Shown here: piece by piece, positions 1-12,424 of the stretch
Position numbering within the stretch: position 1 is the first letter of the stretch
How the letters are laid out: each line of letters opens with the position of its first letter
DNA from: Eledone cirrhosa
Taxonomy: Eukaryota
Reading direction: 5' to 3'
Assembly (NCBI GenBank): GCA_964016885.1
Contig: OZ024740.1
Location: 90,520,001-90,584,000, forward strand
DNA length: 64,000 nt
Translations under genes and position numbers: made by a program
The notes under the pieces: model-generated
Seen by the model: the letters and a program-made list of their open reading frames with translations, nothing else
Told to the model about the DNA's origin: nothing
Databases searched by the model: none

Positions 1-455
1 GACACCCCAGAGAACTAACCATATTCACTGAACCAGAACAATTCTCCCATCCCTTTCTCTTGACCATTATCTTTCACTTATCATAAAATTCTGTAAAAAG
101 GCTACAGAATGCATTTCCAAATAAGGGCACGAAAATTTAATGAAAACTTGTTCACCTGACAGCCATAATTTCATTGATAACCAACCAAAAAGAAGCCTTC
201 GTGAGCCTCTTTTTTCAAGTAAAAAGAAATTCAAACACTCATATATGAAAAAAAACAACCTGTGACAACCCCGCCCTCTTATTTGAAGAACTATTGTAAC
301 GCGAACTGGCGCAAAATTTATTATAATTATTGACAAACCAATCAAATTGCTTCTCGAAAAACCTGGCATTTCGAGCCACTTTTTCCATATAAAACAAGTA
401 ACATTCAGAGACCAGCCAGATGTGAGAAAAACCATAGACCCTCCATCTCAACTCA

Positions 456-493
456 TCGTTTGAAAAGCAGAAGAACTGCGAAACCAGTAAAGG
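456..493 (+). ncRNA. Degenerate minimal type-I hammerhead ribozyme (U3-A8 core variant)
   Basis: TTGAAAA core - GCAG aagaa CTGC (stem II) - GAAAC ca GTA; stem I is weak (tcgt/aagg). Followed by AATAAA and a TA tract, like a Penelope pLTR end. Confidence 0.4.
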
Positions 494-733
494 AACCAAA
501 TAAATATATATATTTTTTAAAAAAATAACACTCCAGTTGCATTTTCGATTTCATCTCGTTTTCTTTATATATATATATATATACAATATATATGTGTGTA
601 TAAATATATATAGAATGAAATTAATATTCCCACACGTACTAAGTACCCTCGGATATATATAGGGTGTCTATAATACATTTGTTGTTATTGTTAATAATTT
701 GAGATACCAGAACTATAAAATTGAGATGAGCGG

Positions 734-853
734 ATATTTTCTATTTAATTTTGGTTGTAATTCTTGGTTGTAAATCACAGAGGCAATAAACATTAAAAAA
801 ATAAATAAACAAAAGAATTAAAAGAATTACAACCAAAATTAAATAGAAAATAT
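734..853. repeat. 32-bp inverted repeat upstream of an HHR-ended element
   Basis: 734-765 ATATTTTCTATTTAATTTTGGTTGTAATTCTT is the reverse complement of 822-853. Confidence 0.8.
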
Positions 854-1087
854 GAGTGGAACAGCAACATCACAACTTACAATTAAGGACAAAATGAAAA
901 CACACACACACATAGAACAAACAACCAACCGGTAACATGTAAATAAACAAATAAATAAACGAATATAAACACACACAGACACCCGGATGTGGCGCATGCG
1001 CAGACTGAGCACACAATACACACACAGAAACGAAATGGCGTAGCACAGAACAAATGAGAGGCACAAAAACAAAGAAAATAATACCCA

Positions 1088-1130
1088 GTCACTGAAGAGG
1101 TCACATAATGTGTGACGAAAGAACTTTGAC
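1088..1130 (+). ncRNA. Minimal type-I hammerhead ribozyme
   Basis: GTCA-CTGAAGA-g-GTCACAT aat GTGTGAC-GAAA-G aa C-TT-TGAC: stem I GTCA/TGAC, 7-bp stem II, CUU cleavage triplet. Confidence 0.7.
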
Positions 1131-1262
1131 AATATATAAACAACTATCTGGTTGTGGAACCAACCAACCAACCAGAAATTTAATTTATAAATTCCTAAAT
1201 TTATGAATTTATTATAATAAATTGAAGTGAAATATCAGGTGCGTGTGTTTCTTATTGGCAAC

Positions 1263-1329
1263 ATGACCCTCCCAAAGTATAACAATATCGGTTTCAACAC
1301 ACGATTTCAGATAAAGCATCTTGCAAAAC
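1263..1329. repeat. Dispersed repeat fragment (second copy 14852-14919, with inverted piece at 14763-14785)
   Basis: ATGACCCTCCC(A)AAGTATAACAATAT...ACACACGATTTCA...GCAAAAC occurs at both loci next to (TA)n. Confidence 0.7.
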
Positions 1330-1344
1330 AAATTCAGAAACGAA

Positions 1345-1382
<38 letters not shown>

Positions 1383-1402
1383 ATGTATATAACATTAGTA
1401 TT

Positions 1403-1575
1403 GGTGCTTACTTAAATTTTCGGCACACAGGGGAGATAATTTGCCAGATAAGTTGGCTACCGAATATTTAAGTAAGCGCGATGTGGCTACTTTAAAACCA
1501 TAGCGTCTGATCTTCAAAATGCTTTTAAGTAAGCATACGGTGTATTGCAAAATACAAAACATATACATTCATATA
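1403..1575. repeat. Family F fragment with inverted 5' piece
   Basis: Shares CTTACTTAAATTTTCGGCA..CAGG..GAGATAA with 60238-60270, and CTTCAAAATG..TTTAA.TAAGCATACGGT.TATTGC with 11618-11680. GTGCTTACTTAAAT pairs with ATTTAAGTAAGCGC. Confidence 0.65.
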
Positions 1576-1579
1576 TGCA

Positions 1580-1644
<65 letters not shown>

Positions 1645-1660
1645 ATATATAGATATATAT

Positions 1661-1717
1661 AAATGTAAGTATGTATGTATACGTACATACATATATGTAT
1701 ACAGACGTACAGTAGCA

Positions 1718-1759
<42 letters not shown>

Positions 1760-2133
1760 TACGTACAGGTACACATACATATATGTACGTATCAGTTTAG
1801 CGGACGCTTATTATAGCGCCCGCTTTGTTCGTTTGTAAACAAACTGAACAACCTGAATTTATGCCGTACGGTGTTAAGGCAACCGCGTCACCTTTTTCTT
1901 CAACACTGGCAGAGGAACGATGTACTAGTTTCAAGCTTGTTAGCTATCATCAGCACCGTATACCCTTCTGCCAGATGGTTGAAATTTCGAAAGTATATAC
2001 TTTCCTTATGAAAATTAACGTCTGAGCATCCTAATTTGCATATCGAGTGAGTTCGGCCAGGCGTACCGAGAACTATAAGTTGTAATAAAATGAAAACGAA
2101 ATTTCATTTCTCACTCTTAGTACGGCACTTACT
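1661..2133 (-). mobile_element. Family C ~488-bp HHR repeat, inverted unit
   Basis: Reverse complement of the unit repeated at 2131-2857 and 4652-5831; contains the HHR at 1918-1958. Confidence 0.85.
1918..1958 (-). ncRNA. Minimal type-I hammerhead ribozyme (family C)
   Basis: Minus strand reads CGGTG-CTGATGA-tAGCT aaca AGCTt-GAAAC TA GTA-CATCG. Palindromic stem III ACTAGT, GUA site. Confidence 0.85.
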
Positions 2134-2220
2134 TGGTATGCAAATTAGGCTGCTCAGCCGTTAATTTTCATAAGGATAGTATATACTTTCTAACGTTCAA
2201 CCATCTGGCAGAAGGGTATA

Positions 2221-2261
2221 CGGTGCTGATGACAGCTAACAAGCTTGAAACTAGTACACCA
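2221..2261 (+). ncRNA. Minimal type-I hammerhead ribozyme (family C)
   Basis: GGTG-CTGATGA-cAGCT aaca AGCTt-GAAACTAGTA-CACC, with a perfect stem I. Confidence 0.85.
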
Positions 2262-2413
2262 TTCCTGTGTCAGTGTTGAACAAAAAGGTGACGTGGTTGC
2301 CTTAACACAGAACGGCATAAATTCAGGCTGTTCAGTTTGTTTACAAACGAACAAAGCGGGCGCTATAATAAGCGTCCGCTAAACTGATACGTACATATAT
2401 GTATGTGTACCTG

Positions 2414-2471
<58 letters not shown>

Positions 2472-2708
2472 TGCTACTGTAGGTCTGTATACATATACGT
2501 ATGTATGTATGTATACATACATACTTACATTTACGTAAGTGCCGTACTAAGAGTGAGAAATGAAATTTCGTTTTCATTTTATTACAACTTATCGTTCTCG
2601 GTACGCCTGGCCGAACTCACCCGATATGCAAATTAGGCTGCTCAGCCGTTAATTTTCTTAAGGAAAGTATATACTTTCGAACGTTCAACCATCTGGCAGA
2701 AGGGTATA

Positions 2709-2749
2709 CGGTGCTGATGATAGCTAACAAGCTTGAAACTAGTACATCG
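2709..2749 (+). ncRNA. Minimal type-I hammerhead ribozyme (family C)
   Basis: CGGTG-CTGATGA-TAGCTAACAAGCTT-GAAACTAGTA-CATCG. Confidence 0.85.
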
Positions 2750-2854
2750 TTCCTGTGTCAGTGTTGAACAAAATGTGACGTGGTTGCCTTAACACCGTAC
2801 GGCATAAATTCAGGCTGTTCAGTTTGTTTACAAACGAACAAAGCGGGCGCTATA

Positions 2855-4597
2855 ATATGAAAAGTGGTTTTAGATTGATGTGTGATATTGGGAAACATAT
2901 TTTATTTAGAGAGGGGGGGGAGAGAAAAGGATGAAAAGGGAAGGAGATGAGAGGGAGAGATGGGTGATAGAGAGAAAGAGATAGTTTTTATAACTGAGAG
3001 GAGATATATTTTATATAGAGGGGTTGAAAACCGTTGGAAGATACTGTATAAATTAAACATTTTGAAAATTAACGAAGGGAGGATATATGCGAGGAAAAAA
3101 TATATTATATTTAGGGAGGGGGGGGGGATTGGAAAGGATGAAAAAAAGGGGAGGAGATGAGAGTGAAGGTGGAAAGGGAGAGATGGGTGATAGAGAGAAA
3201 GAGATAGTTTTTATAACTGAGAAAAAGATATAATGTTTTAATATAGAGAGGTTGTGAACCGTTGGAAGATAATGTATAAATTAAAGGAATTTGAAAATTA
3301 ACGAAGGGAAATTATGTATGAAGATAGAGAGAAAAAAATAATAATTGTGGGTGAATATTCTAACGTCAAAAGGAGAAATGTAGGAATTTTAAAATTAGCA
3401 AAGAGAACAAGTTTATGTGTAGAAGGATTTGAGAAAAATAATGTGAAGTTAAAGTTTGTATATTGAATTCATATGTATTAATAATGAGTTCGTTGATGGG
3501 GAGAAAAAAATAATAATAAATTAAGGATGAAATTGAGATTAAAAAGATTTATGATAGAGAGAAAAAATAATAATGATTGCGGATGAATACTCAAAATGTC
3601 AAAAACAAATGTTATTGTTTTACGAGGAGATAGAATGAGGGTAATGAGTAAACGAGTATTATAGAGTGTATAATGCCCTTTAAAGTAAGGTAGATGGGTA
3701 TATTTTAAAGAATATATGAGTATATATTAAAAAAAATATATAATAATAAATTAAGGATGAAATTGAGATTAAAAAGATTTATGATAGAGAGAAAAAATAA
3801 TAATGATTGCGGATGAATATTCAAAATGTCAAAAACAAATGTTATTGTTTTACGAGAAGATAGAAATCCTTCTACACATAAACTTTTTCTCTTTGCTAAT
3901 TTTAAAATTCCTACATTTCTTCTTTTGACGTTAGAATATTCACCCACAATTATTATTTTTTTCTCTCTATCTTCATACATAATTTCCCTTCGTTAATTTT
4001 CAAATTCCTTTAATTTATACATTATCTTCCAACGGTTCCCAACCTCTCTATATTAAAACATTATATCTTTTTCTCAGTTATAAAAACTATCTCTTTCTCT
4101 CTATCACCCATCTCTCCCTTTCCACCTTCACTCTCATCTCCTCCCCTTTTTTTCATCCTTTCCAACCCCCCCCTCCCTAAATATAATATATTTTTTCCTC
4201 GCACATATCCTCCCTTCGTTAATTTTCAAAATTTTTAATTTATACAGTATCTTCCAACGGTTTTCAACCCCTCTATATGAAATATATCTCCTCTCAGTTA
4301 TAAAAACTATCTCTTTCTCTCTATCACCCATCTCTCCCTCTCATCTCCTTCCCTTTTCATCCTTTTCTCTCCCCCCCCTCTCTAAATAAAATATTTTTCC
4401 CAATATCACACATCAATCTAAAACCACTTTTCATATGTTGATTTAAAACTGCACTATCAACAAGTGTTTTTTTTAGCCTTCATATCATGTTCTCCTGTTT
4501 TATCTGATGAAAACACAAATATTATTGTTTGATGATGTTTGTTTTTGAAATGCGCATAATAAAATATATTGAACTCCTTTAACCATCTTTTGATCTC

Positions 4598-4600
<3 letters not shown>
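2855..4600 (+). mobile_element. Family D non-coding Penelope-type element with a large inverted segment
   Basis: ~575-bp inverted arms 2855-3430 / 3864-4436. The spacer holds a ~123-bp direct repeat (3511-3634, 3741-3863). The plus arm continues into an HHR, AATAAA and (TA)n. Confidence 0.75.
4498..4564 (+). ncRNA. Type-I hammerhead ribozyme (family D)
   Basis: TTTTAT-CTGATGA-long stem II (ACAAATATTATT/GATGATGTTTGT with G-U pairs)-GAAA-TGCGCA-TA-ATAAAA. Palindromic stem III ATGCGCAT, AUA site. Confidence 0.8.
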
Positions 4601-4655
<55 letters not shown>

Positions 4656-4888
4656 TGCTACTGTACGTCTGTATACATATATGTATGTACGTATACATAC
4701 ATACTTACATTTAAGTAAGTGACATACTAAGAGTGAGAAATGAAATTTCGTTTTCATTTTATTACAACTTATCGTTCTCGGTTCGCCTGGCGGAACTCAC
4801 TTGATATGCAAATAAGGCTGCTCAGCCGTTAATTTTCATAAGGAAAGTATATACTTTCGAACGTTCAACCATCTGGCAGAAGGGTATA

Positions 4889-4929
4889 CGGTGCTGATGA
4901 TAGCTAACAAGCTTGAAACTAGTACATCG
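4889..4929 (+). ncRNA. Minimal type-I hammerhead ribozyme (family C)
   Basis: CGGTG-CTGATGA-TAGCTAACAAGCTT-GAAACTAGTA-CATCG. Confidence 0.85.
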
Positions 4930-5087
4930 TTCCTGTGTCAGTGTTGAACAAAAAGGTGACGCGGTTGCTTTAACACCGTACGGCATAAATTCAGGCTGTT
5001 CAGTTTGTTTACATACGAGCAAAGCGGGCGCTATAATAAGCGTCCGCTAAACTGATACGTACATATATGTATGTGTACCTGTATGTT

Positions 5088-5132
<45 letters not shown>

Positions 5133-5376
5133 ATATGCATGCTACTGCAGGTCTGTATACATATATGTATGTATGTATGTATACATACATATTTACATTT
5201 ACGTAAGTGCCGTACTAAGAGTGAGAAATGAAATTTCGTTTTCATTTTATTACAACTTATCGTTCTCGGTACGCCTGGCCGAACTCACTTGATATGCAAA
5301 TTAGGCTGCTCAGCCGTAATTTTCATACGGAAAGTATATACTTTCGAACGTTCAACCTATCTGGCAGAAGGGTATA

Positions 5377-5417
5377 CGGTCCTGATGATAGCTAACAAGC
5401 TTGAAACTAGTACATCG
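5377..5417 (+). ncRNA. Minimal hammerhead ribozyme (family C, one stem I mismatch)
   Basis: CGGTC-CTGATGA-TAGCTAACAAGCTT-GAAACTAGTA-CATCG; a G>C change next to the core breaks the first stem I pair. Confidence 0.7.
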
Positions 5418-5585
5418 TTCCTGTGTCAGTGTTGAACAAAAAGGTGACGCGGTTGCCTTAACACCGTACGGCATACATTCAGGCTGTTCAGTTTGTTTAC
5501 AAACGAGCAAAGCGGGCGCTATAATAAGCGTCCGCTAAACTGATACGTACATATATGTATGTGTACCTGTATGTATATATGTGTG

Positions 5586-5704
<119 letters not shown>

Positions 5705-5838
5705 TATATATATGCATGCTACTGTACGTCAGTATACATATATGTATGTACGTATACATACATACTTACATTTAAGTAAGTGCCGTACTAAGAGTGAGAA
5801 ATGAAATTTCGTTTTCATTTTATTACAACTTATATATA

Positions 5839-5935
<97 letters not shown>

Positions 5936-5937
5936 TG

Positions 5938-5988
<51 letters not shown>

Positions 5989-5994
<6 letters not shown>

Positions 5995-6165
5995 ATATTA
6001 ATTAAATGTAAACTATATTTATAAAACCAGATTTATTATATTTTATATATTTCAAGGGTACCAAAAATGTTTGTACGCTATCATCAGATAAAATACAAAG
6101 TGTGTTCTATAAATGTTGACATAACCAACGATGATATACCTTAACGGTTCAAGTTATCCCTTGAC
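5989..6165 (-). mobile_element. Family E fragment with degenerate HHR (6039-6095)
   Basis: Similar to 19141-19290 (AAACTATATTTATAAAACCA..TCATCAGA.AAAATACAA). Minus strand TATTTTAT-CTGATGA...GAAA-TAT-ATAAAATA with a shortened stem III. TA tracts on both sides. Confidence 0.6.
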
Positions 6166-6566
6166 ATATATATATATATATACACTATAAAGTATGTCCA
6201 TAGAATCATTTGATAATATATATACACAATTTCCTCTCCCATCTAGCATAATTAACCACACAAAAATCAATTAGACCAGGCTACAAGATTAAAAGGCACC
6301 TATGAAGAAATATTAAATAAATAAACGACAGCAATCGCTTCACGGCCAACCGCCTTAGATTATTTACCCAACATTTCAACGCCACGTGGAAATCGCTTAA
6401 ATATATGGTCAACCATACACAATTAGGTATAAAATTAAAGTTAGAAATGTTTATATACATACCAGGATTATGTCCCTACCCTTGATATCATTCGCATTTC
6501 GAGATATTTTTCGCATTTATCATTCGCATTTTGATATATTTTTCGCATATATCGTTCGCATTTTGA

Positions 6567-6634
6567 GAACTGATAAAGAGAATAAATATATGCACATAGT
6601 AAAACAATCAGCACACAGAAACACGTATATATAC

Positions 6635-6732
<98 letters not shown>

Positions 6733-6807
6733 TTATGTATGTATATATATAAGTGTGTGTGCTGATTGTTTTACTATGTGCATATATTTATTCGCTTTAT
6801 CGGTTCC
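6567..6807. repeat. ~55-70 bp inverted repeat flanking a (TA)n tract
   Basis: GAACTGATAAAGAGAATAAATATATGCACATAGTAAAACAATCAGCACACA vs TGTGTGCTGATTGTTTTACTATGTGCATATATTTATTCGCTTTATCGGTTC. Confidence 0.8.
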
Positions 6808-7791
6808 CATTTGGTAAATCATGGTTTAGGAAATTTAAGATATTTCTTCTTACCGCCTAGTACTATATTACGGATTACAATCATGTGTTCAGACAATATA
6901 TATAATATAGGTAAGAGGATTTTATGCACGATTCTAATTCTTCTTTTGTAAATACATATTTGTTTAATGGTTTATGCATTATAAACTCTCTGTTATGTAA
7001 CGAATGTTGATTTATGCAATGCATTAAGCGAATATCTCAGGATATATTTCCTGTTTCCGGTATTTACTATTAACTCATTGAACATGATATCTTATTCAAA
7101 TTGTCTGGTATTAATTCCAGAATAATTTTATCATTCTTTCTTACTACAATTGTTATTGTTAAACAACGATTAACTGTGTTTAACTATTTTTGATAGAATA
7201 TATTTTATATTATATATTTATGTGCATATATAATCACGTGTATATTATGTGCCCAATGAGGTGTAACATATGAGGAAATCAAATATATTCTAACGAGTGC
7301 ATGGCTTAATACCTTGTAAATGCACTAACAATGGAATTGTAAGTGGAAATGCGTACTGGATAAAGGATTATATATCCTATGATGATTCTATGCTTCGTAA
7401 ACTTACGAACAATTCATTTACATTTATCCACTAGGAACGTAATTTATGATAGCGTAGGGCTATGTTAGATTTAACATAAAGCAAGTCATAAGTAAATATC
7501 GCTATATATTCTTCTAAGAAGCTTTCGTATCTCAAATGAAGAAAAACATTGCAACCACAGTTCATTGCTACAAATCTTAATTTCTAAAGTCACGTAAAAT
7601 ACCCATATAGACGTTAAAACTTGGACAATGTTGTCCCTATATAGCGATATAGTAAAAGGTAACGTCGGCAGACTTTAGAGTAATTGACTATTGTTATTCT
7701 TGTCTTCTGCGTTTGAAATGTCTACATTTAATACAATTTTCAACCTTATCAACGCTCCGACAACTTACATTCGAAATGCTATTCACAATCC

Positions 7792-7886
<95 letters not shown>

Positions 7887-10850
7887 TTGTGATCCAGAAT
7901 AAACCAGACGTACACATATGTGCAAAAACACAATGTCTTATTAGTATAGATACACAGATAGATAGGTAGATAGTTTGATCCCCCATAGTTCTCTGTTGGA
8001 TCCCGGTGTGGTTTAATACATTGAGGTCAATATTGCAGGTAATAATGTAATAGCATATTTAAATGAGACACTAATTCTTCCTAATTTCAGTCATTTTGGA
8101 TAGAAAGTAATTGTCTTCGATAAAACAATATTGCAGGAACCAGTAATCGTACGATTAAGCTCACTAAATACAGTATAACAACCATTTCACTTACTGATAA
8201 CAACAACTTCTATTAAATGTGATTTCATGAATACAACTTTAACTCTCATTTTTAACATAAAATTATGAGGAATATATAGAAGCAAGTCAATCCTATACTT
8301 CCCCAAACCAGCATTAAAACATCCGTTCAGCATTAGACTGAGATTCTATATCTTTTCATAAAAGCTTGTATATTGTAGCATAGCTAATTATTCATATCGC
8401 ATCATATGAGATGTTATATCCCAAATATTGCTGGGCCTTTGAGTACGTTTTAAATTAGATTGTATATACATAAGATTAGACATATATCTAAAAATAAAAG
8501 TAAGAAAACAGATATCGATTATTTTCACAAAATTTCAGTCAATATCAGAGTTAATACAAGGTACTAATGATATACACTATACCTATGCACATGATCTTAA
8601 AATTAACAAACATTATGTTCCCGAAATTTCAAATAAACATGCATCAACGAAAACTGATAATTAATCTAATACGAATGTGATATATACAAATATATTTAAA
8701 CAGCCTTGATTCTGCAGATGCTTTACGTAAATGAACATTACAAACACAATTATACTTCATTCATGCATTAAATTTTATTCATACATCGATTAAATATTTA
8801 AAAGGAAGTATTCCTCAAATCGTTAAAGAAAAGCAGCAAAAAAGTATAAATAAACAAATATTTTAATAAATGACGCTTTTAGTTCTCCGAAACTTACTTT
8901 ATTTCTTCACACATGTGAATTTCAAATTCATTTCATTTATACATTTCATATTACTATATTTATTATTCGTATCATATTGATATATTTATTATTCGTATCA
9001 TATTCGACCAAAACTACTAATTGCTATTTACTCAGTGAAGTGATAGCAGTTTGTAATGTAAATGCGTGTATAGCTCTAGGTAACTTCTAAAGAATTCTGT
9101 TGTTTGATGTTTGATATATGATGCTATATTTGACGTTTAATGACCATTTTCAATTATACGGTCATCGAAGCAGTTATATCTAAAAGTACTACAAGGGACT
9201 TATTTAGTTTACTTAAGTTTAATAAGATGACAATATTCTTTAATGTGCCCGTATTTATATTATAGAGAATGTCTTATATATTTTTGAATTTTTGTTTCGG
9301 AATTTACACTTCGGAATTTATGTTTTCTAGTATGGTTACTTATTCTCGTGAAAATCATTTAAAACTTATTATATATTTATGTGTAATTCAAACGTTTATG
9401 ACATTTTTTTTAGGAATATTTCAGTCATCATTATATTCATATATGTACCCGGTATGTTTAATTTCCTAAATAATAATTATTGATAAATAAGTTTAATTCT
9501 AGATTGTATATGAGAATAATGGCACTTAGTCATCCATAGAAGTTATGGACCAGAATCCATTATCAATCTGCTTTTCAGACTGGCGCTCCGATAAAAAATA
9601 TTGTGTTTGTTGTGATTTGTGAGAAGCCGGATATATATATATATATATAAGCATTCTTTGCCTATGTGGGCCTATGTGGGCATTTGAGTACATTGCTAAG
9701 GCTACATTTGTTCTTACATATACACGTATATTCATGTGCGCATTTACGTGTGTGTACGCGTCTATCCATCCATACGTATGTACGATGAACAGAAAGTGAA
9801 ATAAATGTGAAATGAAAGTGTGACAGTTTAGGAGTGAGGTGTGGAGTGTGACACGGTATGATGACGCAGTGTACGGTCATCCCATTAGTAGTGACAATTA
9901 TTTCTAGACTGACTGCGTCCACTAAGTAAATAAATAAAGATGATAAATGAATTATTTGATACTGAATGAAGAGGAAAACTATTGAATTGAATAATTATCA
10001 TTATTATATGAGTGATACGTTTTATATTATATAACATGTATATTGTTGAGTTGTATGTTAGTGAGTGTTTAAGGAAATTTGAATCATATATATGTACAAA
10101 ATATAATTATCATTAAAATTGTGTCGCTTGCATTCAAGCCTATTTTTCATGACGGATTGATCATGAATTAAATAGTATCAAGTTGACTTACGATCTAAAT
10201 GGCTTTTGCATTATGTTTTTCCCTAATATCAAATCCTCTGCACCATTGTATGTTTAAAGATGATGAAATAAGTGAATTCATATACTTGAAACTCTGCACT
10301 AATACGGATCGAATAAGATACGTATTAATGTTTAATTGCCAATTAATTACGATTTAAATATTTTTAAGGTGAATTAAAAGTCAAGGTGTATACCATCTAT
10401 AGCTGAGACACGCCAATAGGCGTAAAATATGATTATAATTTGAAAACGGTAAGGACAAATAATATGATCTTATATTTACACAAATATATTTTAATTGCAC
10501 AATGCAAATGAACTTATGTTAAGCTATCATACCATACGGTATACGGAAACAGAATTGGGTCAGAAATATTAAAGTCTGTTACTAGTGAAATATATGAAAG
10601 GAAATCGAAATATATTCAAATGAGTAATTTCAATGAAAATCAGTTTCCGTGCACTCTACACATTTAACGAATGTATAATGCCATAGACGAAATCCAGGGA
10701 AATAAACCCAGCTCTAATTCATTCTAACATTTTACATTTCAAAGTCCATCGGTTTATATTCACTTAAAATACATATATATATATGTCATATATTAGTGTT
10801 TGTATGTATACATACACACGCGTGCACACGCACACACACACACATATATA

Positions 10851-10973
<123 letters not shown>

Positions 10974-11084
10974 GTATGTACGTACACCTCGTGTATATAT
11001 ATATATATATGCATATGCATATATAGATATACACGAGGTGTACGTACACACATATATATACATACATATATATAGGAAAATGTG

Positions 11085-11263
11085 TAACGCCGACGGCAGA
11101 GCTCGAGCCGTTTCGTCGGCTATTTCTGGACAAAAATATGCGTCGAGACGCCTTGAGTTCTGCCGTCTGGGTTAAACTTTTACCTATTACCCACTCTACT
11201 AGCCTAAGTATTGAGTACTCTAGTGCTTTATGGTCGATCTGGTTCATTACCACACCACCTTCG

Positions 11264-11265
<2 letters not shown>
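11085..11265 (+). mobile_element. Family N 3' fragment with inverted HHR half
   Basis: An inverted CCGACGGCAGAGCTCGAGCCGTTTCG piece, then a 3' end matching 58015-58140 (ATTACCCACTCTACTA..AAGTATTGAGTACT..CCTTCGTTATATA). Confidence 0.75.
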
Positions 11266-11336
<71 letters not shown>

Positions 11337-11339
11337 GTT

Positions 11340-11676
11340 AGGATTGGTGCTCTGAAATAGCGATATATACATGAATGTATGTATAGTATATTTGGCAATA
11401 TACCGTACGCTGGACCGGCAATCGCTCTATATAATCAGCTCCTGACTGGAATTCAATAATAATCCAGCTTCTATAATCTCGGGCGAAAGCGGGGAGTAGG
11501 TTGTTCTGATGATCGCCAACAGCGTGAAAGAGACAATTTGTTAGCTTCTCGCTCTTCTTACGCCGAAGAAAAGAAGTAAGTGACATAGTCACTAATTTGA
11601 AACTGATAGCGTATTGTCTTCAAAATGGTTTTAATTAAGCATACGGTATATTGCCAAATATACTATACACACATTC

Positions 11677-11685
<9 letters not shown>
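11340..11685 (+). mobile_element. Family F element with HHR-like core (11500-11545) and inverted 5' piece
   Basis: CTGATGA-tCGC caaca GCGt-GAAA. 11363-11410 is inverted relative to 11638-11683. Homologous to 47815-48344 and 60236-60395. Confidence 0.65.
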
Positions 11686-11743
<58 letters not shown>

Positions 11744-11935
11744 TTAGTTAAGCAAAACAAGATCACACATTTCACAAGGAAGACATTATTAAAAGATTGT
11801 CAAAATAGTTTTAGTTTAATGTAAGGAATGAAAATGCAAATAATAATAATAATAATACTAATAATGTCCGTTTACAATTGTTTCACTACTCCATATAATG
11901 TTTCTGGATCAAATGATTATAGATCACTATTGGCA

Positions 11936-12138
11936 GGTGGTGGAATTGCAGGCGGAGGATTGGCAGTATTGGTAGAGGGTCGGACGCCATGCTTTGGATC
12001 ATAGAGTTACCTCCCTGTATGATCTGAGTTCAAATCCCGCCGAGGTTAACTTTGCCTTTCATTCTTCCGGGATTGATAAAATAAAGTACCAGTAATGCAG
12101 TGGGTAATTGCTGACCTTTTGCCAAATGTAGAAACAAT
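11936..12138 (+). mobile_element. tRNA-derived SINE (octopod-type)
   Basis: A-box-like TGGCAGTATTGG, B-box GAGTTCAAATCC, body GAGGTTAACTTTGCCTTTCAT..GATAAAATAAAGTACCAGT. Candidate TSD TATTGGCAG at 11928 and 12139. Confidence 0.8.
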
Positions 12139-12374
12139 TATTGGCAGATCTCACATATTGGCAGATGTCACATAATGCAGCCTCGACAGAAGAATATTAC
12201 TCGCATATGGCAGACAATAGATATACGCAGGACACCATAGTGAAATACCAATATATGGAACATTACATTCATGTAACCATCTTTTTTACCTTAATTTATA
12301 TTCCTTTTGAAGTTCCGATGAAGTAATCCAATTTTACCTAAGTTAATTATCTTCAACTGCACCAGATCAATAAT

Positions 12375-12424
12375 TATTTCTACTTTTGGCACAATGCCAC
12401 CAATTATCCCAGTGTATTACTGGT
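12375..12424 (-). mobile_element. 5'-truncated SINE 3' end with 19-bp TSD
   Basis: TTTCTACTTTTGGCACAATGCCACCAATTATCCCAGTGTATTACTGGT, flanked by ACTGCACCAGATCAATAAT at 12356-12374 and 12425-12443. Confidence 0.8.

Larger units (their letters stand above)
2131..2857 (+). mobile_element. Family C HHR tandem repeat (~1.5 units)
   Basis: HHRs at 2221 and 2709 give a 488-bp period; the unit includes an internal (TA)n tract. Confidence 0.85.

Noticed and set aside
1825-5022. Repeated 66-aa ORF (M.VCKQTEQPEFMPYG...) in family C
   Set aside because: It lies antisense to the HHR strand, the first copy starts at TTG, there is no recognisable domain, and it is disrupted in other copies.
9526-9630. PASHKSQQTQYFL..FWSITSMD, faintly like the Tc1/mariner APAH..WPP.SPDL region
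   Set aside because: Too short and too diverged to support without a search.
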